Positions 9,668-21,169 are shown, numbered from the stretch's first letter. The stretch: 64,000 nt of DNA from Candidatus Omnitrophota bacterium (GCA_037146775.1 JBAWWL010000008.1:6160-70159); one strand, 5' to 3'. Translations and numbers: made by a program. Notes: generated by a model from the letters alone, not told the origin.

Positions 9668-11422
9668 ATGAAAGTATTAGGCAGGGTTTATAAAGTAGTG
9701 GGCCCGGTGGTGGAGCTGGAAGCCGTAGAGGGTTTACGTATGCTTGATATGGTGGAGGTTGGCCAGGAGCATTTAGTAGGTGAGGTAGTGCACCTGAAAG
9801 AAGATAAAGCATATGTACAAGTATACGAAGAAACCACATCTCTTAAAGCAGGAGATCCGGTTTATGCCCAAGGGTTTCCTTTGTATGTTGAATTAGGCCC
9901 GGGGCTTTTAGGCAATATTTATGACGGTATTCAAAGGCCATTAGAAGATATCGCAGCCAGAGAAGGTTTTTATATCGGCAGGGGAGTACATGTTGCGGCA
10001 TTAGACAGAAAAAAGAAATGGAATTTTACTCCATCTCGACAGTGTAACGAACAGATTAAGCAGGGCGAGGCGTTGGGGACGATTCCTGAAACCGGTCTGG
10101 TTACGCATAAAATACTAGTCCCGATTGGTGAATCTGGCCGCTTAAAATGGATTGCTGCCTGCGGTGATTATTCTTTGGAAGAAAAGATTGCGGTAATAGA
10201 AACTGTAAACGGAGAAAAAGATATATATATGTATCAACGTTGGCCGGTGAGAAAGCCAAGGCCTTATCTCGAGCGGGAAGTTGTTAACGAGCCTTTAATT
10301 ACCGGGCAGCGTATTATTGATACTTTGTTTCCCGTGGCTAAGGGTGGCTGCGTAGCGGTGCCCGGAGGTTTTGGTACCGGCAAGACCGTGGTCCAGCATC
10401 AGCTGGCAAAATGGAGCAATGCCGACGTGGTTATTTTCGTCGGCTGCGGAGAACGTGGAAATGAAATGACCGATGTCTTGCTAAACTTTCCTAAGCTTAT
10501 TGATCCGCGTACAGGAAGGCCGCTGTCAGAACGAACTATATTTATCGCCAATACATCGAACATGCCGGTGGCGGCACGTGAAGCGAGTATCTATACGGGG
10601 ATTACGCTTGCTGAGTATTATCGGGATATGGGATATAATGTTGCGCTTATGGCAGATTCTACCAGCCGCTGGGCAGAGGCGTTACGGGAGTTATCGGGCA
10701 GGCTTGAAGAGATGCCGCTCGAGGAAGGATTTCCGGCCTATTTACCATCGCGTTTGGCTGAATTTTATGAGCGCGCAGGAAAAGTAAAAACATTAAATCA
10801 CGAGGATAGCTCTATTACCATCATTGCTTCGGTTTCTCCTCCGGGGGGAGATTTTTCTGAACCGGTTACTTCTCACACGAAGCGGTTTATCCGTTGTTTT
10901 TGGGCTTTAGATAAAGATTTAGCCAACGCGCGCCATTATCCTTCCATAAGCTGGATTGATAGTTATTCCGAATATCTCGATGATATTAAAGGCTGGTGGC
11001 ATAAAAATATTGATGAGGGGTGGTTAAAGTTACGTTATGAGATGATGGAGCTTTTACAGAAGGAACAACGTTTACAGCAGGTGGTTAAACTGGTTGGTTC
11101 AGACGTATTGCCGCAAACGCAGCGTTTAATCTTGGAAGTATGTTATCTTTTCAAGAATGCATTTTTGCAGCAAAGTGCTTTTGATGATGTTGACGCTTAT
11201 TCGTCAGCCCGTAAACAGTTTTTAATGTTGAAAATCATATTACAGTTTTATCATAAAGCAGAAATATTTATTAAGAAAGGAATGACCGTGACAGAAATTC
11301 GTGAAATTCCGATATATAATGAAATTATGCGCATGAAGCTTACCTATAGCGAAAATGATATTGACAAGGTGTTGGGATTACTTGGACGGATAGAAGAGTC
11401 TTTTGAAGGGTTGGGCTTCTAA
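9668..11422 (+). CDS. atpA: V/A-type ATPase catalytic subunit A
   Basis: Walker [10 protein letters not shown]. Non-homologous insert region. 584 aa. Confidence 0.9.
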   Translation: MKVLGRVYKVVGPVVELEAVEGLRMLDMVEVGQEHLVGEVVHLKEDKAYVQVYEETTSLKAGDPVYAQGFPLYVELGPGLLGNIYDGIQRPLEDIAAREGFYIGRGVHVAALDRKKKWNFTPSRQCNEQIKQGEALGTIPETGLVTHKILVPIGESGRLKWIAACGDYSLEEKIAVIETVNGEKDIYMYQRWPVRKPRPYLEREVVNEPLITGQRIIDTLFPVAKGGCVAVPGGFGTGKTVVQHQLAKWSNADVVIFVGCGERGNEMTDVLLNFPKLIDPRTGRPLSERTIFIANTSNMPVAAREASIYTGITLAEYYRDMGYNVALMADSTSRWAEALRELSGRLEEMPLEEGFPAYLPSRLAEFYERAGKVKTLNHEDSSITIIASVSPPGGDFSEPVTSHTKRFIRCFWALDKDLANARHYPSISWIDSYSEYLDDIKGWWHKNIDEGWLKLRYEMMELLQKEQRLQQVVKLVGSDVLPQTQRLILEVCYLFKNAFLQQSAFDDVDAYSSARKQFLMLKIILQFYHKAEIFIKKGMTVTEIREIPIYNEIMRMKLTYSENDIDKVLGLLGRIEESFEGLGF

Positions 11423-11423
11423 G

Positions 11424-12824
11424 ATGAAAGATTATAGTTTAAGAGAATATATTGGTTTGGATGAAATAGTCGGCCCGGTATTTATTGCCCGCAACATCCA
11501 TAATGTTGGCTATAACGAATTAGTGGATATAGTTGACGAGAATGGTAAGTTGCGCTTAGGTATAACCCTTGAAGTTGGCAAGGGTTATGCGGTGGTAGAA
11601 GTTTTAGGCGGAACAAGTGGCCTTTCTTTAAAAAACTGCAGGGTACGTTTTAAAGAAAAACCGCTCATGATTGGCGTGTCGGAGGATATGTTGGGTAGGG
11701 TTTTCGACGGATTAGGTAATCCTTTGGATGGTATGCCAAAACCAGCCTATGATGAACTTGTAAACGTAAACGGTTTTGCGATTAATCCTACTGCGCGCGA
11801 TTATCCAAAGAATATAATTGAAACCGGTATTTCTTCGATCGATGTGATGAATACATTGGTAAGAGGGCAGAAACTTCCTATATTTTCCGGAAGCGGACTT
11901 CCCCACGATTTGATTGCAACTCAGATAGCCCGGCAGGCGCGCGCCAGCGGTGAAAGTTTTTGCGTTATCTTTGTGGCGATGGGGGTTAAGTATGATACGG
12001 CAAAATTTTTTATTAATAGTTTTGAGGAATCGGGAGTATTGGAGCGTGTTGCGATGTTTTTAAGTCTCGCAGATAGTCCTTCGATTGAACGCACGCTTAC
12101 GCCTCGTTTGGCGCTTAGTTGCGCAGAGTTTTTAGCATTTAAGAAAAATATGCACGTTTTAGTGATTATGACTGATATGGCGAACTATTGCGAGGCGTTG
12201 CGGGAACTTTCCACCATACGAGGAGAAATCCCGGCACGCAAAGGTTACCCCGGATACCTTTACAGCGACTTGGCGAGTTTATATGAGCGCGCGGGAATGA
12301 TAAAAGGAATAAACGGTTCAATTACGCAATTACCCATTCTTACTATGCCCAACGACGACATTACGCACCCTATTCCCGATTTAACAGGATATATTACGGA
12401 AGGGCAGATTGTTTTAGAACGAGAATTATATAGCCGGGGAATTTATCCGCCGATCGCTGGTTTACCTTCGTTGTCTCGTCTGATGAAGGATAATATCGGT
12501 AAAGATTTAACCAGGGAAGATCATCCGGCACTGGCATCGCAGCTTTTTGCCTGCTATGCGCGCGTCAAAGATATCAGGGCGTTAGCGTCCATTATCGGCG
12601 AAGAAGAATTGTCTCCGCTCGACCATCTTTACCTAAAATTCGGCGATGCTTTCGAAAAAAGATTTTTAAACCAAGGGTATCATGAGCGCCGCACCCTGGA
12701 GGATAGTTTAGACTTGGGATGGGAAGTTCTTTCGATATTCCCAACCAACGAACTCGTGCGTATACGCGAGGATTTGCTTACTAAGTATTACCGAAAAAAT
12801 GCGAGCAAACATAGCAGCGACTAA
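11424..12824 (+). CDS. atpB: V/A-type ATPase subunit B
   Basis: Regulatory B-subunit family (degenerate P-loop, SGSGLPHD). ATG immediately after the A-subunit stop. Confidence 0.9.
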   Translation: MKDYSLREYIGLDEIVGPVFIARNIHNVGYNELVDIVDENGKLRLGITLEVGKGYAVVEVLGGTSGLSLKNCRVRFKEKPLMIGVSEDMLGRVFDGLGNPLDGMPKPAYDELVNVNGFAINPTARDYPKNIIETGISSIDVMNTLVRGQKLPIFSGSGLPHDLIATQIARQARASGESFCVIFVAMGVKYDTAKFFINSFEESGVLERVAMFLSLADSPSIERTLTPRLALSCAEFLAFKKNMHVLVIMTDMANYCEALRELSTIRGEIPARKGYPGYLYSDLASLYERAGMIKGINGSITQLPILTMPNDDITHPIPDLTGYITEGQIVLERELYSRGIYPPIAGLPSLSRLMKDNIGKDLTREDHPALASQLFACYARVKDIRALASIIGEEELSPLDHLYLKFGDAFEKRFLNQGYHERRTLEDSLDLGWEVLSIFPTNELVRIREDLLTKYYRKNASKHSSD

Positions 12825-13416
12825 AACTAATCTGTTGAAGACTAAAAAAACGCTGGCTCTCACTGAAGAGGGCTATGGGTTGCTGGATGAAAAGCGCAGG
12901 CTCTTGATCAGCGAACTTACCGCCCTGGTTCATATTGTAGATAAGGTACAGCGGGAGCTTGATAATGCCATGCAGGACGCGTATGAGGTAGTAGATAAAG
13001 CCATTGTTGTTATGGGAAGAAAAAAAATGGAAGAGTTAAGCTTTTCTATCGATATAAAAAATAATATTTCTATTACCCAGCGCCGTGTCATGGGCGTTAA
13101 CATGCCGGCGGTTGATTTAAAAATTGTCGAAAATGCACCTTATTTTAGCCCGCTACAAGTAAGTTTCTATGTTGAAGAGGTAATCGCCAAGTTCAAGGAT
13201 ATTGTGAAATTACTTGCCCAGCTTGCTGAGAAAAAAATCGCTCTTTTACGCATCGCAAAAGAAGTGCAGAAGACTATACGAAAAGTTAAGGCGCTGGAAA
13301 AAATACACTTGCCTTTTTATCGGGAAACGCTCAAATATATAACTGACAGGCTTGATGAGGAATCACGGGAATCATTTTCCATGTTAAAAATCATTAAAGA
13401 GCGTTTGCGGTCATAG
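12799..13416 (+). CDS. atpD: V/A-type ATPase subunit D
   Basis: 205 aa, helical. N-terminus [13 protein letters not shown]...[12 protein letters not shown] is typical of subunit D. Overlaps B by 26 nt. Confidence 0.75.
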   Translation: MRANIAATKTNLLKTKKTLALTEEGYGLLDEKRRLLISELTALVHIVDKVQRELDNAMQDAYEVVDKAIVVMGRKKMEELSFSIDIKNNISITQRRVMGVNMPAVDLKIVENAPYFSPLQVSFYVEEVIAKFKDIVKLLAQLAEKKIALLRIAKEVQKTIRKVKALEKIHLPFYRETLKYITDRLDEESRESFSMLKIIKERLRS

Positions 13417-13455
13417 TATAATAATTTGGTATTTTAAGTAACATAAGGAGAGGAA

Positions 13456-13935
13456 ATGGCAATACAAACGATTGCAGTATCGATTTCCGGCAGTAATGCC
13501 TCTCTGATCACGGCAAAGTATGCTATTTATTTAGCTAAGCAGCTTCAGGCAAAGTTATCGGCGATTTATGTAGTTGACGAGAAGTCGTTGCATGAACTTC
13601 TAAAGAGTCGAATATTTGTGGAGATTGAAGCAGTGGAATACGAACATGATTTAAAAAATCAAGGGAAGACGTCTCTGGAACGGATTGTTAAAATGGCAGA
13701 AAGTAAAGGCGTTAACTGTGAGCCGCTGCTTCTTGAGGGGGTTATTCACGAAGAGGTAGTGAATAAAACTAAAGAATTGGCGGCCGATTTACTGGTTATC
13801 GGGGATTTGAAAGAGGTGTTGTCGGCAAGGGAAGTGTTTTACGACGAAGGGGAACGTATTTTTCGCGAGTCACCTTGTCCGGTAGTAGTGGTAAAAAATC
13901 CGCTTGAAGTAGAGAGACTTTATAAAGTATTATAG
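13456..13935 (+). CDS. Universal stress protein (UspA) family
   Basis: About 160 aa. ATP-binding-like G-x-x-G region and the VVVV terminal motif of the Usp fold. Confidence 0.5.
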   Translation: MAIQTIAVSISGSNASLITAKYAIYLAKQLQAKLSAIYVVDEKSLHELLKSRIFVEIEAVEYEHDLKNQGKTSLERIVKMAESKGVNCEPLLLEGVIHEEVVNKTKELAADLLVIGDLKEVLSAREVFYDEGERIFRESPCPVVVVKNPLEVERLYKVL

Positions 13936-13973
13936 CAGCGTTCATGTAAGTATCATTTAAGGAGGTTATTCCC

Positions 13974-14447
13974 ATGAAGATCTCGGATTATTTGAAAAAA
14001 GAATTCTGCATAATGGATTTGAAAGCAACCAATAAGGAAGCAGCAATCAGGGAAATTGCCTGTCTGCTTTCGGACAGGGGTAAAGTTAAGGACAAAGAAA
14101 GATTCATTCAGGATATCCTAGAGCGAGAAAGTTTGGGCTCTACCGGTATCGGCCATAAAATTGCCATTCCGCATTCCCGCACAGATGTTATAGACGGTTT
14201 TGCCATCGGATTTGGTCGTTCCCGGGCCGGTATTGATTTTAAGGCGCTCGACGATGATAAGGTAAATTTGATTTTTCTTATGGGTGCCGATCCTCAGGAA
14301 TTAAATCTTTACTTACGGTTACTCGCCGAGCTTTCGAAACTTTTAATGGAAAACGCTTTTCGCAGGGAACTGCTTTCTGTCTCGACCGCTGAAGAGGTTG
14401 TGGAGGTAATAAAGAAGTTTGAGGGGGCGGGTGCAACCATAAAATGA
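13974..14447 (+). CDS. ptsN: PTS EIIA-Ntr-like nitrogen regulatory protein
   Basis: PTS EIIA type-2 domain with phosphorylatable His in GHKIAIPHSR. 157 aa. Confidence 0.7.
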   Translation: MKISDYLKKEFCIMDLKATNKEAAIREIACLLSDRGKVKDKERFIQDILERESLGSTGIGHKIAIPHSRTDVIDGFAIGFGRSRAGIDFKALDDDKVNLIFLMGADPQELNLYLRLLAELSKLLMENAFRRELLSVSTAEEVVEVIKKFEGAGATIK

Positions 14448-15661
14448 AGCAGGCAAAAGAAGAAATCTTATCTATGGTTATGGCCGGAGGCAGGGGTGAA
14501 CGGCTTTATCCTTTAACTCTGGAACGCACTAAGCCTTCGGTTCCTTTCGGTGGGAAATACCGAATTATCGACTTTGCGTTAAGTAACCTGGTTAATTCCG
14601 GTATATACGCGATCTATGTGCTGGTGCAATATAAGTCGCAATCGCTTATAGAACATGTGCGTACTACCTGGAGCAAAGGCGCGGTATTGCCTAAACATTT
14701 TGTTACCGTGGTCCCGCCGCAGATGCGAAAAAAACAAGAATGGTACCGCGGGACTGCTGATTCCATCTATCAAAATATTAATCTTATCTATGATTTTAAG
14801 CCCCGGATAGTAGCGATATTTGCCGGTGATCATGTATACCGTATGAATATACGAGAGATGATCGATTATCATATACGCAAAAAAGCCCATCTTACCATTT
14901 CGGTGCTTCCCGTGGAAGGAAAGCAAGCGAGTGAGTTCGGCGTGGTGGGCATGGATGAGCATTGCCGGGTAACGCGTTTTGAGGAGAAGCCATTAGCGTC
15001 AAGACATAAAACAGTTTTTGCTTCGATGGGCAACTACATATTTGATACCGATTTTTTGGTCAATGTTTTAGAGGAAGATGCTAAGCGCGATACGGGCAGG
15101 GATTTTGGTAAAGATATTATACCTTATCTTATTAAAAAGCATGCAAAGGCGTATGCGTACGATTTTTCCAAAAATAATATCCCTTCTCTTAAAAAGCACG
15201 AAGCCGGCTATTATTGGAGAGACGTAGGTACGATTGCCAGTTATTGGCAGGCGCATATGGATCTTTTGGGCAGAGAACCGCGATTAGAGCTGGATAACAC
15301 CAACTGGCCGATTTATGCCTCCAACTTAGATAGTCCGCCGGCATATATCGTCGGTTCGGAAATAGAAAATTCACTCGTTTGTGAGGGGTCGAAGATCTAT
15401 GATGCAAAGATAAAAAATTCTATCATAGGCAGATCTGTAAAAATTGAACCCGGATGTCTTATCGAAGATTCTATCATTATGGATTTTGCGCATATACACA
15501 AGTCTTCATGTATAAAGAAAGCCATTATTGACCGGTTTAATATTTTGCAACGGGAAACATGTATTGGTTACCACAGGAAAGAAGACGGCAAAAACTATTA
15601 CGTAGATACTTCGGGAATTACCGTGGTGCAGCGGGGCTCGCGTAAGGCTTTCTACTTTTAA
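14444..15661 (+). CDS. glgC: Glucose-1-phosphate adenylyltransferase
   Basis: N-terminal AGGRGERLYPLT...PSVPFGGKYRIIDFALSN signature. C-terminal left-handed beta-helix domain. Confidence 0.8.
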   Translation: MKQAKEEILSMVMAGGRGERLYPLTLERTKPSVPFGGKYRIIDFALSNLVNSGIYAIYVLVQYKSQSLIEHVRTTWSKGAVLPKHFVTVVPPQMRKKQEWYRGTADSIYQNINLIYDFKPRIVAIFAGDHVYRMNIREMIDYHIRKKAHLTISVLPVEGKQASEFGVVGMDEHCRVTRFEEKPLASRHKTVFASMGNYIFDTDFLVNVLEEDAKRDTGRDFGKDIIPYLIKKHAKAYAYDFSKNNIPSLKKHEAGYYWRDVGTIASYWQAHMDLLGREPRLELDNTNWPIYASNLDSPPAYIVGSEIENSLVCEGSKIYDAKIKNSIIGRSVKIEPGCLIEDSIIMDFAHIHKSSCIKKAIIDRFNILQRETCIGYHRKEDGKNYYVDTSGITVVQRGSRKAFYF

Positions 15662-15686
15662 TCGACGCGCAGAAATCCCCAGACTT

Positions 15687-15707
15687 TAGCCCGTGGAGGT
15701 TCATTTC
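15687..15707 (+). promoter_or_regulatory. Second copy of motif agcccg[c/t]ggaggttcattt
   Basis: 20 of 21 nt identical to 185-205. Ends 10 nt before the nitroreductase ATG. Confidence 0.45.
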
Positions 15708-15716
15708 AAATAAAAG

Positions 15717-16244
15717 ATGGATATATTTGAGGCTATTAAAAAACGGCGCAGTATTCGCGGCTACAAAGATAAACCGGTCGAAGAAGAGAAATTGATAAAA
15801 ATTATTGAGGCGGCCAGAGAAGCGCCTTCTGCTTCAAACCGGCAAGAGTGGCGTTTTGTAGTGGCAAAGGACAGCGAAACCCGAAAGGAGCTTTGTGTAG
15901 CTGCAAAAAACCAGGCGTTTGTCGCTGAGGCGCCGGTGGTTATTGCGTGCTGCGCACTCACGGATAATCACGTTATGACCTGCGGCCAGTTATGTTATCC
16001 GATAGACGTTGCTATCGCGATCGATCATATGACTTTAGCGGCTGCCGCACTTGGCTTAGGCACATGTTGGGTTGGAGCGTTTCGTGAGGAGGAGGTGAAG
16101 CGCATTTTAGCTATTCCCTCGACAGTGCGTGTAGTCGAATTGTTGACGCTGGGATATCCTCGCAATAATGAGGCCTCTCCTAAAGAGCGCTTGCCTTTGT
16201 GTAACATGCTTTTCTCTGAAAAATGGAATCAATCATACCTTTGA
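15717..16244 (+). CDS. Nitroreductase family protein
   Basis: R-R-S-x-R and SASNRQ motifs of the NADH-oxidase/nitroreductase fold. 175 aa. Confidence 0.75.
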   Translation: MDIFEAIKKRRSIRGYKDKPVEEEKLIKIIEAAREAPSASNRQEWRFVVAKDSETRKELCVAAKNQAFVAEAPVVIACCALTDNHVMTCGQLCYPIDVAIAIDHMTLAAAALGLGTCWVGAFREEEVKRILAIPSTVRVVELLTLGYPRNNEASPKERLPLCNMLFSEKWNQSYL

Positions 16245-16505
16245 CACATTATGGTGAGCGGGAAATCATCACGTATCTTTAACTTTTCTATCCATTCAGT
16301 TTTTCATCTTTTGTTTTGCGGGTAATTGCAAAAGGCTGAGTTTTAGCGCGAGGAAAGGGTTGCTTTTTGCAAAGTGAGTGATATAATAAACCACTTTTTG
16401 TTCTATTTTGTATTATTACCATAATACAGTATTGGGATTTATGTATTCGCAGCCGGGAAATTTTATGTGCGGCGGCTTGAGAATGTAATGTAAGAGGAGG
16501 AGACC

Positions 16506-17456
16506 ATGTATGATCTTATCGGACAACTCAGGGAACGGGCGAAGAGAGAGCCAAAAAAAATAGTTTTTCCGGAAAGCTCGGATGAACGGATAGTTGAGGC
16601 GGTAAAATATATAGAAAAAGAAGGTATTGCTTCGCCGCTTTTGCTTACCCACGACAACCTTGAGCCGGAAAAGCAGGAAGAGTTTGCGAATATTTTCTTT
16701 GAACGCAAGCAGGTAAAAGGCATTACGTTTGAAGAAGCAAGAGAGTTGACCGAAAATCCGCTTTATTATGCGGCAATGTTGGTAAAGCAGGGCTATGCGG
16801 ATGGTTTTGTGGCCGGTTCTACCTATACGTCTTCCGCGGTCATCAAAGCCGCGCTCAATTGTTTAGAGATTGACCGTTCTCTTGGCCTAATTTCCAGCTG
16901 TTTTCTTATGGCAGTTCCGAATTGTGTGTATGGTGAACATGGTGTGTTTTTGTATGCCGATTGCGGTGTGATTCCGTATCCGACCAGCGACCAGCTGGCC
17001 ACTATCGCGGTATCTACGGGGCGTTTCGCGAAAGAAGTTTTGGGTTTTAATCCCCGGGTGGCTTTGTTAAGTTTCTCTACGAAAGGAAGCGCTGAAGGGC
17101 GCTGGATCGATAAGGTGAAAGAATCGGTCGAAATTGCTAAAACTAAGAATGCAGGTTTTCCTATTGACGGTGAGCTTCAGGTTGATGCCGCTTTAGTCCC
17201 GGAGGTTGCGAGGCGCAAACTTGGAGATAGTGAAGTCGCCGGGCGCGCTAATGTGCTGATATTCCCAAACTTAGATGCCGGTAATATCTGTTATAAAATG
17301 ACGCAGCGCCTGGCAAATGCTCGGGCAATCGGGCCGCTTATTCTGGGAACCGTACAGCCGTGCAGTGATCTTTCGAGAGGCTGCGACATTGACGATATTG
17401 TTGATTGTGCAGCGGTTACGGTAATACGTGCACAGCTTAGAAATAAACAAGTGTAA
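16506..17456 (+). CDS. pta: Phosphate acetyltransferase (short form)
   Basis: Phosphate acetyl/butyryltransferase fold. Immediately upstream of acetate kinase. Strong RBS GAGGAGG. Confidence 0.7.
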   Translation: MYDLIGQLRERAKREPKKIVFPESSDERIVEAVKYIEKEGIASPLLLTHDNLEPEKQEEFANIFFERKQVKGITFEEARELTENPLYYAAMLVKQGYADGFVAGSTYTSSAVIKAALNCLEIDRSLGLISSCFLMAVPNCVYGEHGVFLYADCGVIPYPTSDQLATIAVSTGRFAKEVLGFNPRVALLSFSTKGSAEGRWIDKVKESVEIAKTKNAGFPIDGELQVDAALVPEVARRKLGDSEVAGRANVLIFPNLDAGNICYKMTQRLANARAIGPLILGTVQPCSDLSRGCDIDDIVDCAAVTVIRAQLRNKQV

Positions 17457-17489
17457 TTTTCTTGCAGCTCACCTCAAGCGTACAAGCCT

Positions 17490-18578
17490 ATGAAAATATT
17501 AGTTATTAATTGTGGAAGTTCGTCTATCAAATATAAGCTGTATGAGTTTCCGAAGCGCAGGCTTATCGCCAAAGGCCTTATTGAACGGATTGGAGAACAC
17601 ACATCGTCGATTGCTAATCATAGCCAGGGTATACAGAAGTTATTCGAGCGTTTACTTAAAGAAAAAAGTATTGCTCGCGTTGAAGAAATTTCCGTTATTG
17701 GTCACCGTGTGGTGCATGGCGGAGAAACATTTCGTAAGCCTCACATTATTAATGATGACGTTATCGCCAAGATAAAGGAATTCTCGCAATTGGCGCCTTT
17801 ACATAATCCGGCAAATTTAGCGGGTATTATGGGATGCCGGAAAATTTTGCCTCATACTCCGCAGGTGGCGGTATTTGATACGGCATTTCATCAGACTATT
17901 CCCGATTACGCGTATCTTTATGCCATGCCGTTTGAATATTATAAGTCACACGGTGTGCGAAAGTACGGTTTTCACGGAACCTCCCATCAGTTTGTAGCTC
18001 ATCAGGCCAGCAAGCTGCTTAAAAAGCCGCTTAACAAACTAAAATTGATCACTTGTCATCTCGGTAACGGTTGCAGTATCACCGCAGTTGATAAAGGAAA
18101 AGTTGTAGACACGTCAATGGGATTTACTCCTCTTGAAGGGCTAATTATGGGTACTCGTTGCGGCGACGTTGACGTAGCCGCGGTATTTTATATGATGGAA
18201 AAAGAAAAATTGACGATTGAGGAAATGGATAGAATTCTAAATCGTAAAAGCGGCTTACTTGGCATTTCGGGTGTCAGTAATGACATGAGGGAGCTTCAGT
18301 CTGCCATAAAGCAAGGTAAAGTGAGAGCAAAACTTGCCGTGGAGATGTTTCTTTATCGAATCAAGAAATACATCGGAGCGTATTATATGATTTTGGGGGG
18401 AGCGGATGCCATTTGTTTTACTGCCGGTATTGGTGAACATAACCCTGGCATGATCAATAATTTTAGAAAAGCCATTTATCGTATTGCTCCCAAAAAGACA
18501 AAGGTGCTGGTTGTTCCTACTGACGAAGAATTAATGATTGCGGCATTATCGTATAATGTTATCCAGGGAGAGGTGTAA
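17490..18578 (+). CDS. ackA: Acetate kinase
   Basis: MKILVINCGSSSIKY N-terminus. APLHNPANL, VAVFDTAFHQT and KYGFHGTSH motifs. Confidence 0.8.
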   Translation: MKILVINCGSSSIKYKLYEFPKRRLIAKGLIERIGEHTSSIANHSQGIQKLFERLLKEKSIARVEEISVIGHRVVHGGETFRKPHIINDDVIAKIKEFSQLAPLHNPANLAGIMGCRKILPHTPQVAVFDTAFHQTIPDYAYLYAMPFEYYKSHGVRKYGFHGTSHQFVAHQASKLLKKPLNKLKLITCHLGNGCSITAVDKGKVVDTSMGFTPLEGLIMGTRCGDVDVAAVFYMMEKEKLTIEEMDRILNRKSGLLGISGVSNDMRELQSAIKQGKVRAKLAVEMFLYRIKKYIGAYYMILGGADAICFTAGIGEHNPGMINNFRKAIYRIAPKKTKVLVVPTDEELMIAALSYNVIQGEV

Positions 18579-19147
18579 TGCGTTATGGTGCGATAGCCAT
18601 GATTTTTATCGGCATGGTTTTTCCGGTTTTTGCGTACACAAACACTATTTTGATGGTTGTACCGAACGCAGATTTCAGGGATGAAGAATTACTATTGCCA
18701 AAGAAAATATTTGAAGAGGCCGGCTACAAAGTCGAAATAGCCGCGGCAAAGCAAGGAAAGGCAAAGGGTGTGTTGGGTGCTGAGGTGACAGTGGAACGGA
18801 CTTTAGACCAAATACAGGTAGAGGCTTACGATGCGTTAGTTTTGGTAGGCGGTCCGGGCGCACAAGTTTATTGGGATGATAGCCGGCTGCATCATTTAGT
18901 GCAGGCAATGTTTAAACGGAATAAGGTGATAGGCGCGATTTGCCTTGCTCCGGTATCTCTGGCAAATGCCGGCATATTACAGGATAAAAAAGCTACGGTG
19001 TGGCACTCGGAGGCAAAGCGGCTTGGCCTTGGGGGTGCGCAGTATCTATCTGACGATGTCGTCAGTGATGGCAAGGTTATCACCGCCAATGGCCCGCAGG
19101 CAGCAGAACAATTTGCCAAAAAATTTTTGGAGGAGTTAAAAAAATGA
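18578..19147 (+). CDS. DJ-1/PfpI family protein
   Basis: Nucleophile-elbow Cys in GAICLAP. DJ-1/PfpI length. Confidence 0.65.
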   Translation: MRYGAIAMIFIGMVFPVFAYTNTILMVVPNADFRDEELLLPKKIFEEAGYKVEIAAAKQGKAKGVLGAEVTVERTLDQIQVEAYDALVLVGGPGAQVYWDDSRLHHLVQAMFKRNKVIGAICLAPVSLANAGILQDKKATVWHSEAKRLGLGGAQYLSDDVVSDGKVITANGPQAAEQFAKKFLEELKK

Positions 19148-19506
19148 TGAGAACTATATTAAAATCAAAAATTTACCATGCTACCATTACCGACGCCCAA
19201 CTATATTACAAAGGAAGCATTACTATCGACGAACAGATTATGCGTGAAGCAGATTTGTATGAGAAAGAAAAAGTCGAAGTATTAAACTTGCATAATGGCA
19301 GCCGGCTTGAGACGTATGTGATCAAGGGCTCTAGCGGAAGCGGGATTATCTGTTTGAACGGACCGGCCGCGCGCATGGGGCATAAAGGTGACAAGGTTGT
19401 TATCCTTTCATACGGACTTTATAGCGAAAAAGAGCTTGAGCAAATGAAAACAAAATTAGTGGAACTAAGCGACGAGAATAAAATCAAGAATATCCAAATT
19501 GTATAG
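19144..19506 (+). CDS. panD: Aspartate 1-decarboxylase
   Basis: KSKIYHATITDAQLYYKGSITID has the conserved Gly-Ser self-cleavage site. 120 aa. Confidence 0.8.
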   Translation: MMRTILKSKIYHATITDAQLYYKGSITIDEQIMREADLYEKEKVEVLNLHNGSRLETYVIKGSSGSGIICLNGPAARMGHKGDKVVILSYGLYSEKELEQMKTKLVELSDENKIKNIQIV

Positions 19507-19540
19507 CATACTTAATATGGCATAAAATTATGTTGCGGAA

Positions 19541-20056
19541 ATGAGTGAGAAAAAACTAAGAATACATACCTGGCCCGACAAAATATTACGTAAGCGTTGC
19601 CGCCGCGTAAAGGTTGTGGACGATAACGTGCGTGATATCTTAGACCAGATGCATGCGCTTATGGTGATACATAAAGGTATCGGAATTGCGGCCAACCAGA
19701 CCGGTGTAGACTTAAGCTTATTGGTCATAGAGACGCCCGATCATTGTCTTAAGCTCGTGAATCCCCGTATTATCAAGAAAGAGGGCAGATCAAAAATCTT
19801 GGAAGGGTGCTTAAGTTTTCCTGAGTTGGAGATAGAAGTAAAACGGGCAAAAAAAATATGGCTTTCCGCTCTCAATGAGAAAGGGGAGCCTGTTGATATG
19901 GAAGTTGAAGGGGTGATGGCAATTATTTTTCAACACGAAATAGATCATCTTAGCGGCATAGTATTTATTGACCGTATACCATTCTGGAAAAGATTAAAAA
20001 TTGCAGGGAAACTAAAAAAAATTAAAAAAATAACCAAGAATGAATTGTCAAAATAA
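19541..20056 (+). CDS. def: Peptide deformylase
   Basis: The three PDF motifs G-x-G-x-AA-x-Q, EGCLSFP and QHEIDHL. Confidence 0.85.
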   Translation: MSEKKLRIHTWPDKILRKRCRRVKVVDDNVRDILDQMHALMVIHKGIGIAANQTGVDLSLLVIETPDHCLKLVNPRIIKKEGRSKILEGCLSFPELEIEVKRAKKIWLSALNEKGEPVDMEVEGVMAIIFQHEIDHLSGIVFIDRIPFWKRLKIAGKLKKIKKITKNELSK

Positions 20057-20240
20057 AGCGAACAACGCTAAAGCGTGCAGTTGTTCTTATCCGGGTTGTG
20101 GACGTAAAGGGATCTGCTGCGAATGCGTGCGTTATCATCTTTCTCACAACGAGATTCCCGGATGTTTTTTCCCTCCCGAAGCCGAACAGACGTATAACCG
20201 TTCAAAAGATTATTTTCTCTCGCTTAAAAACCATCCATGA
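20040..20240 (+). CDS. Small cysteine-rich protein (C-x-C...C-x6-CC-x-C), hypothetical
   Basis: 66 aa with 8 Cys (CSCSYPGCGRKGICCECVRYH). Overlaps the def stop, suggesting translational coupling. Confidence 0.35.
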   Translation: MNCQNKANNAKACSCSYPGCGRKGICCECVRYHLSHNEIPGCFFPPEAEQTYNRSKDYFLSLKNHP

Positions 20241-21169
20241 ATCAAACGATTGAACTTGCCATTATCGGCGCAGGCGTTGCAGGCGTAAGCGCCGCTGTCT
20301 ATGCACATCGGGCAGGTTTACAGTTTTCTTTGCTTGAGCCACATGCAATAGGCGGGCAGCTTCTTTTGATGGAGCGTGTCGACAACTACCCGGGCCTGGG
20401 TGTTGGTACACAGGCACGGGTATTGGCGGAAAACCTTGAAAAAACTCTTAGCATATTACATATCGAGCCTATCCAGGAAGCGGTTACGTCAGCGGCGATA
20501 GAAAAAAATCAACTGCGTATTAATACCGACGAGAGGTGCATTGTCGCAAAGTCGGCGATCGTGGCAACTGGTGCATCATTTAAGAAACTTGCAGTGGAAG
20601 GGGAAGAAGATTTTAGCGGCCGAGGTGTTTCTTATTGTGCTATTTGCGATGGTTTTTTCTTTAAGAACAAAGTTGTTGCGGTGGTTGGCGGGGGCAATAG
20701 CGCGGTAGAAGAAGCGCTCTATCTTTCAAATATATGTAAAAAAGTTTATCTGATCCACCGGCGGGACAATCTACGGGCGATAGCGTACTTACAAAAAGAG
20801 GTTTCCGGTAAAAGCAATATTGAAATTATTTTTAATACCGTGGTTCGCAGGATACAGGGAAAAGATTTTGTGGAAACCTTGATTTTGGAAGACGTTAAGA
20901 CGCATGCCCCCAGAGAGTTTGCGGTAAACGGTTTATTCGTTGCTATCGGTGTTACGCCGGCTACGGAAATATTACGAGGTATCGTAACTATGGATGAGGC
21001 CGGTTTCATTATAACCAACGAAGAAATGAATTCGTCGGTTCCGTTTATTTGGGCATGCGGAGATTGCCGAAACCGTCCCTTGAGGCAGCTCATAACCGCG
21101 GCCTCTGAAGGAGCCACGGCAGCCATCAGTGCCTATAAATATCTTAAGGGCGGATATATTAGTGCTTAA
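20237..21169 (+). CDS. trxB: Thioredoxin-disulfide reductase
   Basis: FAD GxGxxG at the N-terminus. Redox CAICDG. NADPH GGGNSA. 310 aa. Confidence 0.85.
   Translation: MNQTIELAIIGAGVAGVSAAVYAHRAGLQFSLLEPHAIGGQLLLMERVDNYPGLGVGTQARVLAENLEKTLSILHIEPIQEAVTSAAIEKNQLRINTDERCIVAKSAIVATGASFKKLAVEGEEDFSGRGVSYCAICDGFFFKNKVVAVVGGGNSAVEEALYLSNICKKVYLIHRRDNLRAIAYLQKEVSGKSNIEIIFNTVVRRIQGKDFVETLILEDVKTHAPREFAVNGLFVAIGVTPATEILRGIVTMDEAGFIITNEEMNSSVPFIWACGDCRNRPLRQLITAASEGATAAISAYKYLKGGYISA

Noticed and set aside
10500-10787. 95-aa ORF in alternate frame
   Set aside because: It is fully internal to the V-ATPase A subunit gene on the same strand.
17490-18578. Possible butyrate kinase instead of acetate kinase (362 aa is short)
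   Set aside because: Motifs (CGSSSIKY, VAVFDTAFHQT, KYGFHGTSH) and the pta neighbour fit acetate kinase. The shortness is confined to the N-terminal linker.
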